The notes beneath the pieces are model-generated. The model was given only the letters and a program-made list of their open reading frames with translations. It was not told where the DNA came from and ran no database searches. A DNA stretch of 64,000 nucleotides, taken from a virus (lineage: Duplodnaviria; Caudoviricetes). Location: the IMG/VR virus record IMGVR_UViG_3300021431_004525; one strand, written 5' to 3'. The translations under genes were made by a program, and so were the position numbers. This document shows positions 46,336-56,005 of this stretch, one piece after another. Numbering within the stretch: position 1 is the stretch's first letter; every line of letters starts with the position of its first letter.

Positions 46336-47502
46336 TTATGCGGCCTCTTTATTTTTATCCTTATTCTGATATTTGGAAACCATATCAGCGGTAATTGTAA
46401 GAGTTACCTTTTCCTTGTTGTAACCACCGTAATCAAACATAACATCAGCAAGCAACTTGTCGATAACGCCACGAAGACTACGAGCACCGGTTTTCTTTTC
46501 GTATGCTTCCTTGGCAATAAGTCTAAGTGCATCATCCTCGAATGTTAAATCAACATTATCAATCCAAAACAGTTTCTGATACTGTTTAACGATAGAGTTT
46601 TTAGGCTCTTTCAGAATTTGGAACAACTGTTCCTCAGTAAGATGCTTTGTATGCGTGACAAGTGGGAAACGTCCGATAAGTTCCGGTATGATGCCAAACT
46701 TCTTCAAATCATCAGTCGTAACATCAGCAAGCAAATCCTCTTCCTCGTTATTAGTTCCGTTCATTATTGAATTGAAACCAATCACCTTTTTATTCTTGCG
46801 CTTCTCAATGATTTTCTCTAAGCCATCAAAAGCACCAATGCCAAAGAAAAGAATATTTGTGGTATCAACAGGAATACACTCCTGTTCAGGATGCTTACGT
46901 CCACCATTCGGCGGAACAAGAACGTTAGTACCCTCAACAATTTTAAGCAATGATTGCTGTACGCCTTCACCGCCTACATCACGTGTAATTGACGTATTTT
47001 CACTCTTTCGTGAAATCTTATCGAACTCATCTAATACAACAATCCCATGTTCTGCTGCTTGAATGTTAAGATTTGCTGCCCGCAAAACACCAAGTACAAC
47101 AGTTTCTACATCATCACCAACGAAACCAGATTCGGTAACTTTTGTTACATCAGCAATGTAGAATGGGATATTCAGATGCTTTGCAAGCATTCTAAGCATA
47201 AATGTTTTACCAGTTCCACTTGGACCGCAAATGATGGTGTTACTCTTTTCAATTTCTACGTCACTGTACGGATTGTCTTCCTCTCCTTGTGTGTATCCGT
47301 ATATGTTGTCCATGAAACGTTTGTAATGGTTATACACAGCCACAGAAATATACTTTTTGGCCTCCTCCTGTCCGATTACATACTGATTAAGGTAGTCATA
47401 GAGATATTTTGGAGTAACTTTGTCCATAATCTCACGCATTTGTGCCTTAATCTCATTCACTTCTTCTAAAGATACTTCTTCTGTTTTCTTTTTTGCCGTC
47501 AT
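46336..47502 (-). CDS. clpX: ClpX ATPase lacking the N-terminal zinc-binding domain; C-terminal -EAA
   Basis: [55 protein letters not shown] loop, PELIGR, GARSLR; start reassigned to MTAKK. Confidence 0.95.
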   Translation of the reverse strand: MTAKKKTEEVSLEEVNEIKAQMREIMDKVTPKYLYDYLNQYVIGQEEAKKYISVAVYNHYKRFMDNIYGYTQGEEDNPYSDVEIEKSNTIICGPSGTGKTFMLRMLAKHLNIPFYIADVTKVTESGFVGDDVETVVLGVLRAANLNIQAAEHGIVVLDEFDKISRKSENTSITRDVGGEGVQQSLLKIVEGTNVLVPPNGGRKHPEQECIPVDTTNILFFGIGAFDGLEKIIEKRKNKKVIGFNSIMNGTNNEEEDLLADVTTDDLKKFGIIPELIGRFPLVTHTKHLTEEQLFQILKEPKNSIVKQYQKLFWIDNVDLTFEDDALRLIAKEAYEKKTGARSLRGVIDKLLADVMFDYGGYNKEKVTLTITADMVSKYQNKDKNKEAA

Positions 47503-47612
47503 AAAAATATTTTTTGCTTTAAATTCGAGTGCAAAGGTACTAAATATTTTTTTAAACACCAAATATTTCTATATTTATTTTTATAGATTTTCGTATTTTT
47601 TAACATTTACAT

Positions 47613-49733
47613 ATGCTGGCATATCAAAAAATAAATGAAATTAAAGGCTTTCATGGTACTTCATATGACTTTAATAGGTTTAATCATAAAAAGTATCTCG
47701 ACACAGGAGACGGCTCACAAGAGTTCGGATGGGGTACTTATGTGACTGACAATAGGGATATTGCCGGAGAATATGCTGAACGTTCAAAAGAAGCAAACAC
47801 AGGTTCGTATGACAAGAATAATGAACGTATAACAACGGAAAGATTAACTTCAATAGCCAACGAAACAATAACAAATGATGCAATTGCACAAGATATTATC
47901 AATAGTCTACGTATGATAATGTATACTACAAAGACTATTGATGCTAATACGTTGGAAACAGAAAAAAACAAATTTATCTCAAAATATAGTGAAAACAGTA
48001 ATGAAATAGATTCATTTTTCAGAAATCTGTCAGAATTGAACCCACATCTTTCAAAGGCTAAAAGTTATGTGTATGAGGTTGAAATACCTGAAAACAATGG
48101 TAGTAACTATATTGAATGGTTTAATCCAATTAATAATGGAATAAAAACAAAAATAGTAAAAGGGTTAAATTTCCTAAATACCAAATACCATAATAGATTT
48201 GAGGGAATAACTGAGGGGATAATTGAGGGAACGAGTAACGGAAAAGAACTGTATGAACGTTTGGTTGGATTATTAGGCTCACCAAAAGCGGCATCGTTAT
48301 TTTTGCTTAATATGTGTAATATTGACGGCATAGTATATCCAATTGGCACTGTTTTTGGGTTCGATGGCGAAGAAGGAAATAATTATGTTATATTCAACGC
48401 ATCTTCAGTTAAAATAAACAATAAGATTGTTAGTGAAAGTAAAGTTATGAATTTAAATGAATGGAAACCGTCGTTTTTCGACCAATTGCCGGAAAAGATA
48501 AAGTTGTATCACGGAACTGATATAATGGCATTAAATGACATTATAGAAGAAGGAAAGATATGTGCATTGCATGGTCATAAACGAAGTGAAACATATGGTG
48601 TCAATTGGTTTAGCACACAATTAACCAATAATTTCGGTCATGGAAGTAACTTCTCCATTGAAGTGCCTAAATCAGATTTCATTAACGGAAAATTCAGGTT
48701 CATGAACAACACCGATGTGACATCGTGGGATAATGAAATACCGATTGACGGATATAATTTCAGAATAGAACGAATCGGCGGTTTCAATGAGGAAACTTTC
48801 AGAAATCTTTTTGAAAGGGTTAATGGAGATATATTTGAATGGGTTAACAAACTGAACAAGATAAACTATGAGTTCAATGAATATATGATGACGGTTGAAT
48901 ATCCTGTTGTCATGTATTTGATTAAACAATTGTTCGGTGAAGAGGTGCTTAGAAAGGAAGGAATAATTGAATCAAAACTATATATCAATGAAATGGATGC
49001 GGAAGATGTAAGTCTTTCTTCATTCAAGACAAAGGAGGAACTTCATGACAGGTTTTGGATAAACGAGAAACTTAATTCAAGGGTAAGGGAGAAACTGCTT
49101 GATATTGCTGATGATTTTATCGATGAACTGGCAATACCTAATTTCAAACCAAAGGATATTGTATTTACAGGCTCACTTGCCAACTATAATTGGTCACGTT
49201 ATTCAGATATCGACGTACATATAGTAGTGAGTTTTAAAGACATATATAAAAAAGTAGACTTGATTGATGATTATTTTAAGTCTAAAAAGGAAATATGGAA
49301 TCAGACACATGAAAAATTGAAGATATATGGCTATCCGGTGGAAATAAGCGTTGAAAACGCAGATGAACCGGGGGTATCATCAGGTGTATACTCACTTATT
49401 AAGAATAAATGGGTGACTGAGCCGTCAAACTTTGATGACGCAAAACTTAATGAGAAATACATTAAGGAATTTTCTGCCGAAATAATGAATGAAATTGATG
49501 AAATTGAAAAACGTATAGAAAAGGAAACAAGCAATTCAAGACTTGAGGAACTTGGCGAAAGAACCATGAAAATATTCAAACGTCTTAAGAATATGAGAAA
49601 GGAAGGACTTGCAAGAAGCGGTGAAATGTCCAGCGGAAATATCATATACAAACTGTTAAGGCGTATGAATTATTTGGATAAGATATGGGATATTGTAAAC
49701 AACACATATAATAAAATAAACTCCATTAAATGA
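47613..49733 (+). CDS. polyvalent protein: ART-like + ART-like + nucleotidyltransferase
   Basis: FHGT...F..F....GDGSQEFGWGTYVT; LYHGT...GVNWFST; GSLANYNWSRYSDIDVH (GS...DxD). Confidence 0.75.
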   Translation: MLAYQKINEIKGFHGTSYDFNRFNHKKYLDTGDGSQEFGWGTYVTDNRDIAGEYAERSKEANTGSYDKNNERITTERLTSIANETITNDAIAQDIINSLRMIMYTTKTIDANTLETEKNKFISKYSENSNEIDSFFRNLSELNPHLSKAKSYVYEVEIPENNGSNYIEWFNPINNGIKTKIVKGLNFLNTKYHNRFEGITEGIIEGTSNGKELYERLVGLLGSPKAASLFLLNMCNIDGIVYPIGTVFGFDGEEGNNYVIFNASSVKINNKIVSESKVMNLNEWKPSFFDQLPEKIKLYHGTDIMALNDIIEEGKICALHGHKRSETYGVNWFSTQLTNNFGHGSNFSIEVPKSDFINGKFRFMNNTDVTSWDNEIPIDGYNFRIERIGGFNEETFRNLFERVNGDIFEWVNKLNKINYEFNEYMMTVEYPVVMYLIKQLFGEEVLRKEGIIESKLYINEMDAEDVSLSSFKTKEELHDRFWINEKLNSRVREKLLDIADDFIDELAIPNFKPKDIVFTGSLANYNWSRYSDIDVHIVVSFKDIYKKVDLIDDYFKSKKEIWNQTHEKLKIYGYPVEISVENADEPGVSSGVYSLIKNKWVTEPSNFDDAKLNEKYIKEFSAEIMNEIDEIEKRIEKETSNSRLEELGERTMKIFKRLKNMRKEGLARSGEMSSGNIIYKLLRRMNYLDKIWDIVNNTYNKINSIK

Positions 49734-49790
49734 GTTTATAAAAAAATTAACTATTTATTATTAAAATAACTAATTAGTTTAAAAAATAAC

Positions 49791-51335
49791 ATGAGTAACA
49801 TTTATGATGAACAACTTGATAGGATGAAGGCTCTTATGTCTTACGGTATCAATGAAGCAACCGCAAGAGAGTCACAGTCTGTAGTTGAATATAAAACAGA
49901 AGGTGCGGACGGAAAAACCTACGGTATCATACGTGAAGGACAGAAATTCTATATCAAAGCAGCACCTAAAAAAGACACAGAAGTTATTGCAGAGGATTTC
50001 GATTACATAGGCGGTTTCATGAACAAAAAGAATTATGAATACCTCACATATCCAATGGCTTCAAAACAATTGGAACTTAAACTTATGTCAATCAATGAGG
50101 CCTGCAATACAAAGAAGCCGGTCATGACTGAGGGTATTAAGAATGAGGCCGCTGAATGGCAGGTAAATGAAACTAAGGAAATGAGGGCTGAACTTGACAG
50201 ATTTGCAGAAATCGTCAATAATGTCGGTCATATTCTTAAAGAGGACAAAGATGGCGGTTTCACGATGAACCACACTTTACCAGAAGCACCTGCAAAGAAC
50301 CCATCAGATGAAAAGGTTAATGCGCCTTTTACAGATACAGCAGTTGCAAAACTTGACAAAGATTTGAAAGAGACCGAGACAAATCCTGAGAAGGCCGGTG
50401 GTCCTTACACTGAGGATGGTGAGGTATCTAATAAGGAAATGCAATCTGATAAGACCCCTGGTAACGGCGCAGATGATGGCACATATTGTGAGAAACCACA
50501 ATATGTTGACACAGGCGTAGCAGGTGAACATCCTAAAGGCGGAAAGGTCGTAAGGGTAGAATCAAAAGGTCATACAGTTAAATTAACTGAGGCTCAAGTT
50601 CTTGCATGGAACAAGTCAAAGGATTTCATGGATAAGACAAATGGAACTAAGATTGGTAGTTCTGCACCTTATACAGACCAAGTTGATGGCAATCAAAGCA
50701 ATCAGGGTGAATCTGATGCAGAACCAATACATGAGGATGCTAATGTTGTACACAATACAGATAATCAGAACTCTCCAACACCGGGGACAAACGAAATTGG
50801 CGACAGTGCCCCATTCACAGATAAAGTAAATGAGGAAGTCGTAGATGTAAATGATGTTGCAGGCATGGGTGACAATGATGTTCCATTCCCAGAAGTAGAG
50901 GGCGGTGACAATGGTTCTTATTTGAACTTCGAACAGAATTACAATGATTGGCTTGATTCACAAGAACCGGAACCAATATCATTGGACAATGATAATCCTA
51001 TTGATGGCGGTGATAACTATGAAGAAGAACTCGACCCATCATTGATGGACATTGGTGAAGTTCCTTACGAAAGTATCAACCGTATCGTTAAACAAGTTAC
51101 TGAATCAGTGTTGAATGACTTTGGTAAGCATCCTGCATATCAGAAGAAACCTATGACAACGCCTCCTAATACTGAGATTGATAAGTTCGGTAAAGATTGG
51201 AATGATGATTCAGCCAAGGGTGAGAAACCATTCGGTACACAAATCGGTAGTTCTGCGCCATTCACTGACGAGGTTATCGAGCAACTTACTGATTCTATCA
51301 TGAAACGTATCAATCAAGGTAAAAAAAAAGATTAA
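49791..51335 (+). CDS. putative prohead core/internal protein
   Basis: Acidic; repeats IG.SAP(F/Y)TD; multiple INE/LKE/VNE sites; late motif; first gene of the head module. Confidence 0.65.
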   Translation: MSNIYDEQLDRMKALMSYGINEATARESQSVVEYKTEGADGKTYGIIREGQKFYIKAAPKKDTEVIAEDFDYIGGFMNKKNYEYLTYPMASKQLELKLMSINEACNTKKPVMTEGIKNEAAEWQVNETKEMRAELDRFAEIVNNVGHILKEDKDGGFTMNHTLPEAPAKNPSDEKVNAPFTDTAVAKLDKDLKETETNPEKAGGPYTEDGEVSNKEMQSDKTPGNGADDGTYCEKPQYVDTGVAGEHPKGGKVVRVESKGHTVKLTEAQVLAWNKSKDFMDKTNGTKIGSSAPYTDQVDGNQSNQGESDAEPIHEDANVVHNTDNQNSPTPGTNEIGDSAPFTDKVNEEVVDVNDVAGMGDNDVPFPEVEGGDNGSYLNFEQNYNDWLDSQEPEPISLDNDNPIDGGDNYEEELDPSLMDIGEVPYESINRIVKQVTESVLNDFGKHPAYQKKPMTTPPNTEIDKFGKDWNDDSAKGEKPFGTQIGSSAPFTDEVIEQLTDSIMKRINQGKKKD

Positions 51336-51967
51336 GTGAACGTAAGGTTATAAAATTGCCATCTCAGCCGGAAATACCGGCTGAACCAATGGCAGAACCA
51401 CCTATGGATAACGAAATGCCAATGGCAGACAACAGTGGCGGGGAAATGCCGCCAATGAATGACGAAACGCCTAATGACGGTGGTAACCCTTTTGACACTA
51501 ATTTTGATGCCGGTGTTGATGCCAATGAGGAAACTGACCCAAAGAAATACATACAACAATTAACGGGTAAATTAAGTCAGTCACTTCGTTCATATAATGA
51601 AAATCTCCCACAACCAGACGCTGACCTTGACAAATATGTTGCAGGCATGATAGTCAAACAGGCAATAGAAGGTCTTTCGCCTGAAGATACCAACGACATT
51701 TTGAATAAAATAAAGGGTGATGAATCGGAAGAAACACCGGAACAGTCATCACAAGAAGAAATTCCACAGGAACAGCCAATGGATAATGCGATGCCGGACG
51801 AAGGTGGAATAGACATGGGTGAAAGTGTTGTTAAGGAAAACAAAACTAAAATAGATGAGATTTTCAATCAGGTTATGCAGAATAAGGATGAAGATGACCA
51901 AATGCAGAAACCTATAACAAACATAAGTTATAAGAAAAAACCTTTTACATCACCTAACTTTAAATAA
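51323..51967 (+). CDS. acidic head-associated protein, probably the -1 frameshift extension of 49791
   Basis: Frame is open from 51323 across the A9 run; track start is a TTG at 51356 with no late motif upstream. Confidence 0.6.
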   Translation, partial: KKRLSERKVIKLPSQPEIPAEPMAEPPMDNEMPMADNSGGEMPPMNDETPNDGGNPFDTNFDAGVDANEETDPKKYIQQLTGKLSQSLRSYNENLPQPDADLDKYVAGMIVKQAIEGLSPEDTNDILNKIKGDESEETPEQSSQEEIPQEQPMDNAMPDEGGIDMGESVVKENKTKIDEIFNQVMQNKDEDDQMQKPITNISYKKKPFTSPNFK

Positions 51968-52044
51968 AAAGCAAATGCCTCCAATATACATGGGGGCGTT
52001 TTTAATAATATCAAACGACTATTTATTATTATAATTGCATAACT

Positions 52045-52686
52045 ATGAGAAAAGTTAAAATAACAGAAGAACAAAGGCAGTATGCTTTAAGTGAAGGTAT
52101 AGTACTTAATGCCGATGTCGACGCTGCCGGTGGCGATGTTAAAAAAGCGGTTGATACAACAAAGCAACAGGCACAGAAATCAGGTGTTGATGTTAAAAAG
52201 GCAACAATTCAGATACCGCCTTCGAATGAAAGTAAAGTCATTACCAAGAAACAGATTATGGAAAATAGATTAAACGAATTTAAGAAAAATTCAGACTATT
52301 ATTCTTTGAGCGAATTTCTGAAACGTATCGGTAATAAGAAAATAAATGAAAGTGGTCTTACCAACACACAGATTAGAAACATTACGGGTATTACAGATGA
52401 TGATGAATTGAATGCCGCTGCTGAAACAGAAGAAAAAGAACAACTTGAAAGCAATATTTGGAATGCAATTGCCCAAATGGCCGGTGGAAACCCAAGAAAG
52501 ACATCGTTCGATTTCGGACAATTGGCCGAAATGCTTAAAACACGGTTTAATATGAAATATATTGGAACTGATGAGAATCAAGAATGCCATACATTTACCG
52601 ACGGTGTTAATAAACTTGACATTTTCCCATCAACATACTATCCTAAACAAAGAACAATAACACTTTATAATATGAGCGTATATTAA
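52045..52686 (+). CDS. leader-tagged head-associated protein
   Basis: MRKVKITEEQRQYALSE; extra module after KINE. Confidence 0.75.
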   Translation: MRKVKITEEQRQYALSEGIVLNADVDAAGGDVKKAVDTTKQQAQKSGVDVKKATIQIPPSNESKVITKKQIMENRLNEFKKNSDYYSLSEFLKRIGNKKINESGLTNTQIRNITGITDDDELNAAAETEEKEQLESNIWNAIAQMAGGNPRKTSFDFGQLAEMLKTRFNMKYIGTDENQECHTFTDGVNKLDIFPSTYYPKQRTITLYNMSVY

Positions 52687-52687
52687 T

Positions 52688-53983
52688 ATGTTAGAACTGC
52701 CAAAGTACATACTTAAGTCATTGGAAAACAACAAGACATCACTTGGTGAGCATCCTTCTTTTCCACCGGATGAAGAAGAGAAATTCATCGTAAATGCTGT
52801 TGCAAACAAGTTCACTGATATAACAAACAATTTGGAAATAACTGACATTGAGCAACTTAAATCGGAATTAGGAAAACTTGTCACGTTATGTAAGAAAATT
52901 GAATCCAAGAATGTTCATGCATTGGAAGAATTATGCACTACAATAGTTACTGAACTTTTCAGTATTCCGGAGGATACCATCCAACTTAACGTGAAAATCG
53001 TAGATGAAGTGAATGATGACAACCAAAGGTTTCTACCAGAGAAAACAACGGATTTCAGTTTTGACAGTATCAGTGATATGAACTATCTCAGTGGTGAGAT
53101 ATATAAAAGACGTATGCTTAATGTACTTGTGACAGGTGCTTCCATGTATTATGCCAATAACATTTCATCTTATATAAGGGAACTGTTTGAAATTGATGAT
53201 GAATTGCCATCCTTATACAAGAAAATCATCAAGTATAATGAGATACTGATGTTTTTTGAAAAGGATAAGTTGAAAGAGGATAGTGATACCACTGAAGCAG
53301 GTAAAGTCGATGTAACAATGGATATGCCCCAGAATATGGTTAAGATTGATGCGGAAGGCATAATTTTTCCTGTTTTGCTCAATGAAACAATAAAAGGTAT
53401 ATTGGAACTTGCAATTGCTCACGGTTTACCGGAAAATAGGGAAAAGGCTGAATATGTCATTAAAAAATCAGATTTCAAGTTAGCCGAACTTTGGGATATG
53501 AGACTCGGTTCTGCCTTGTGGAATATCATAGCATCACAGATTGATAATATGGATGTGGTAGAACCTAATTTCTTCTTAATGACATTGGCGGAATTGCCGT
53601 CATATAAATTCAATGATTGTCTTAGGGAAATATTCGGAAGAACAAAGAGAGGTGAGAGAATACTCAAGAATATCATATCTAAAATAGAATCAGAGAAAGA
53701 CAAGGATGAGTTCAACGACTTCATACAGCAAAGTAATGATGGTGTTGAAATTGAAGACGGATACTATACAAGTGAGGAATTGATTGCCGATTGTGTTAAT
53801 GAATCAGTCGGATTAGAGGAAAAGAAACATAAATTACGGAAAAATGATAAGGGTGAAACCGTTCCGGAAAAATGTGATAAATGCGGTTCAAAGATAGGTG
53901 TTTTCATACAAGGTGAACCTATTTTTAAATGTACTAACAAAAAATGCGGTAAGTATTTTGGTGTTTTACCATTTAACGGTTAA
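52688..53983 (+). CDS. conserved hypothetical protein upstream of terminase, with C-terminal Zn-ribbon extension
   Basis: 431 aa; CDKC...C...C after VNE/LEE. Confidence 0.75.
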   Translation: MLELPKYILKSLENNKTSLGEHPSFPPDEEEKFIVNAVANKFTDITNNLEITDIEQLKSELGKLVTLCKKIESKNVHALEELCTTIVTELFSIPEDTIQLNVKIVDEVNDDNQRFLPEKTTDFSFDSISDMNYLSGEIYKRRMLNVLVTGASMYYANNISSYIRELFEIDDELPSLYKKIIKYNEILMFFEKDKLKEDSDTTEAGKVDVTMDMPQNMVKIDAEGIIFPVLLNETIKGILELAIAHGLPENREKAEYVIKKSDFKLAELWDMRLGSALWNIIASQIDNMDVVEPNFFLMTLAELPSYKFNDCLREIFGRTKRGERILKNIISKIESEKDKDEFNDFIQQSNDGVEIEDGYYTSEELIADCVNESVGLEEKKHKLRKNDKGETVPEKCDKCGSKIGVFIQGEPIFKCTNKKCGKYFGVLPFNG

Positions 53984-54076
53984 ATATAAAAGTCACTGAT
54001 TTACAGTGGCTTTTTTGTTTTAGATATATAACTTTTGATTTTTTGCTCCTATTTATATAATTTTAATAAAAAGAGC

Positions 54077-55957
54077 ATGAGTAAACAAAGTGAATATATA
54101 AAATGCTATCAAGATAAATCGAGGATTTACTTTATCGAAAATTATCTTTACACATTCAACGCTATGGAACGTAGTGAAGTACCGTTCTTATTATTCCCAA
54201 GACAAAAGGAGTATTTAAGGGCGTGTGCGGAGGATAATGAAGTTGTAACAGTAAAATGCCGTCAGTCAGGTATTTCCACTGTTTCTGCTGCATACATTTG
54301 CGGTCAATGTGTATTTGCCAATAAGAAGTCACCGGAAACCATTCTATGTATAGCAAATAAACTTGACCAAGCAATTGAATTGACGAATAAGATTGTTAAT
54401 TTTCTTGACCAAGTACCAAGATGGATGTGGGGCAGTGACTATTATTCACCTGACCCGGATAGTTCTAAAAATACAAAATCGATTTATATAAAAAGAAATA
54501 AAAACTACATTGAACTTTTTAACGGCTGTAAAATTTACGCCCGTGCATCCGGTCCTCACTCAGCTCGTGGTGTCAGTAGTACGACTATACTTTGTCTTGA
54601 CGAGGCAGCGTTCTTGGCTGATTCTGTTGCGGCATATACGAGTGCCAGAGCATCTCAGTCAGCGGTTGAGAATCCGAAATGCCTGATGATTTCCACACCT
54701 AACGGTAAAGACCCATTATATTATAAAACTTATTCACAAGCATTAAGAGGTGAGAATAATTTCAGAATTGTTGAATTTAAGTTCTATCAAGACCCTCGTT
54801 ATAACCGATATCTTAAATGGTATAAGAAAGACGAAAAAACCGGAGAGATTCTATGGGATGAAGACCCTGTAATAGATAAGAAAGGCAACATTGAATATAA
54901 CGAAGAAAGGTGGAGGAATCTTGAAAAGAACGGATGGACACCGACTTCACCTTGGTTCGAGGATATGTGTAAATCGTTCAATAATGACGAACAGATGATT
55001 GCACAAGAGTTGCTTGTTTCGTTCCTAGGTTCTTCGGATAACGTTGTACCACCGGAAGTCATTGAAATGCATCAGAATGAAAATGTTATCCAAATAACCC
55101 CGGATTGGCCGTTAAGAGACCAACTTATCGCAGAAACATGGATATGGCAAGACCCGATTCCGGGACACCGTTACATCGTATCAGTAGACCCTTCATCCGG
55201 TAGTGGAGAAGATAGAACCGCAATTGAAGTGATTGATGTGGATGCCATCGATGAGAATGGAACACCGTTCTTTGACCAAGTACTTGAATATAACGGAAAA
55301 ATCAACGGTGAGGAAATAGCCGGTTTGGTTGATAGATATGGTCATATATATAATGATGCGTTGGTAGTCGTTGAAGCCATCGGAGGATATGGCGATGCCG
55401 TTATCTTGACCTTGATGAACCTAGGTTATCCCAATTTATACTATGATGAAAATGCGTTGAAGAACTATACATTGAAAGTAACCGCTTCCAAGTTCAATAA
55501 AAAGGCGGGTGAGGCATTGCCAGGTTTCAGAAGTAACGGTTTACGTATTCAGATGATTTCGAACTTTGTTGAAATGCTTAAAAACAATTCATTCAGAGTT
55601 AGAAGTACACGTGTTATCAGCGAATTGGAAACTTGGGTGTTCAAGAACGGAAGACCGGACCACCAAGACGGAAGCCATGATGATTCACTTACATGCCTTG
55701 CTATGGGATTGTTCATTGCCGTATTCTATATGTTACGTAATGAAAAGGCTAAACAAAAGGACACGCAAATTGTTAAGTCATGGTATGTCAATAACGGTAA
55801 CAATTCGGATTACAGAAGTGGTAAACTTGAAGACAAGGTTGTAATGTCATCGCCAAAGAAAATGCCGTTCTACAGTAATGTGCAAATGGCTAAGAAAGAA
55901 AAGGCAAGATTTAATGCAATGCTTTTGCTCGGTGGCTTCGGAAGGAAGAAACATTGA
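54077..55957 (+). CDS. terminase large subunit
   Basis: KCRQSGIST (Walker A), LCLDEAAF (Walker B), ISTPNG, QE...F, VSVDPSSG, HDD; start reassigned to MSKQ. Confidence 0.92.
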   Translation: MSKQSEYIKCYQDKSRIYFIENYLYTFNAMERSEVPFLLFPRQKEYLRACAEDNEVVTVKCRQSGISTVSAAYICGQCVFANKKSPETILCIANKLDQAIELTNKIVNFLDQVPRWMWGSDYYSPDPDSSKNTKSIYIKRNKNYIELFNGCKIYARASGPHSARGVSSTTILCLDEAAFLADSVAAYTSARASQSAVENPKCLMISTPNGKDPLYYKTYSQALRGENNFRIVEFKFYQDPRYNRYLKWYKKDEKTGEILWDEDPVIDKKGNIEYNEERWRNLEKNGWTPTSPWFEDMCKSFNNDEQMIAQELLVSFLGSSDNVVPPEVIEMHQNENVIQITPDWPLRDQLIAETWIWQDPIPGHRYIVSVDPSSGSGEDRTAIEVIDVDAIDENGTPFFDQVLEYNGKINGEEIAGLVDRYGHIYNDALVVVEAIGGYGDAVILTLMNLGYPNLYYDENALKNYTLKVTASKFNKKAGEALPGFRSNGLRIQMISNFVEMLKNNSFRVRSTRVISELETWVFKNGRPDHQDGSHDDSLTCLAMGLFIAVFYMLRNEKAKQKDTQIVKSWYVNNGNNSDYRSGKLEDKVVMSSPKKMPFYSNVQMAKKEKARFNAMLLLGGFGRKKH

Positions 55958-56005
55958 AAAACATTGGATAGATACTTATATTTATATTAAATAGGATTGT
56001 ATACA

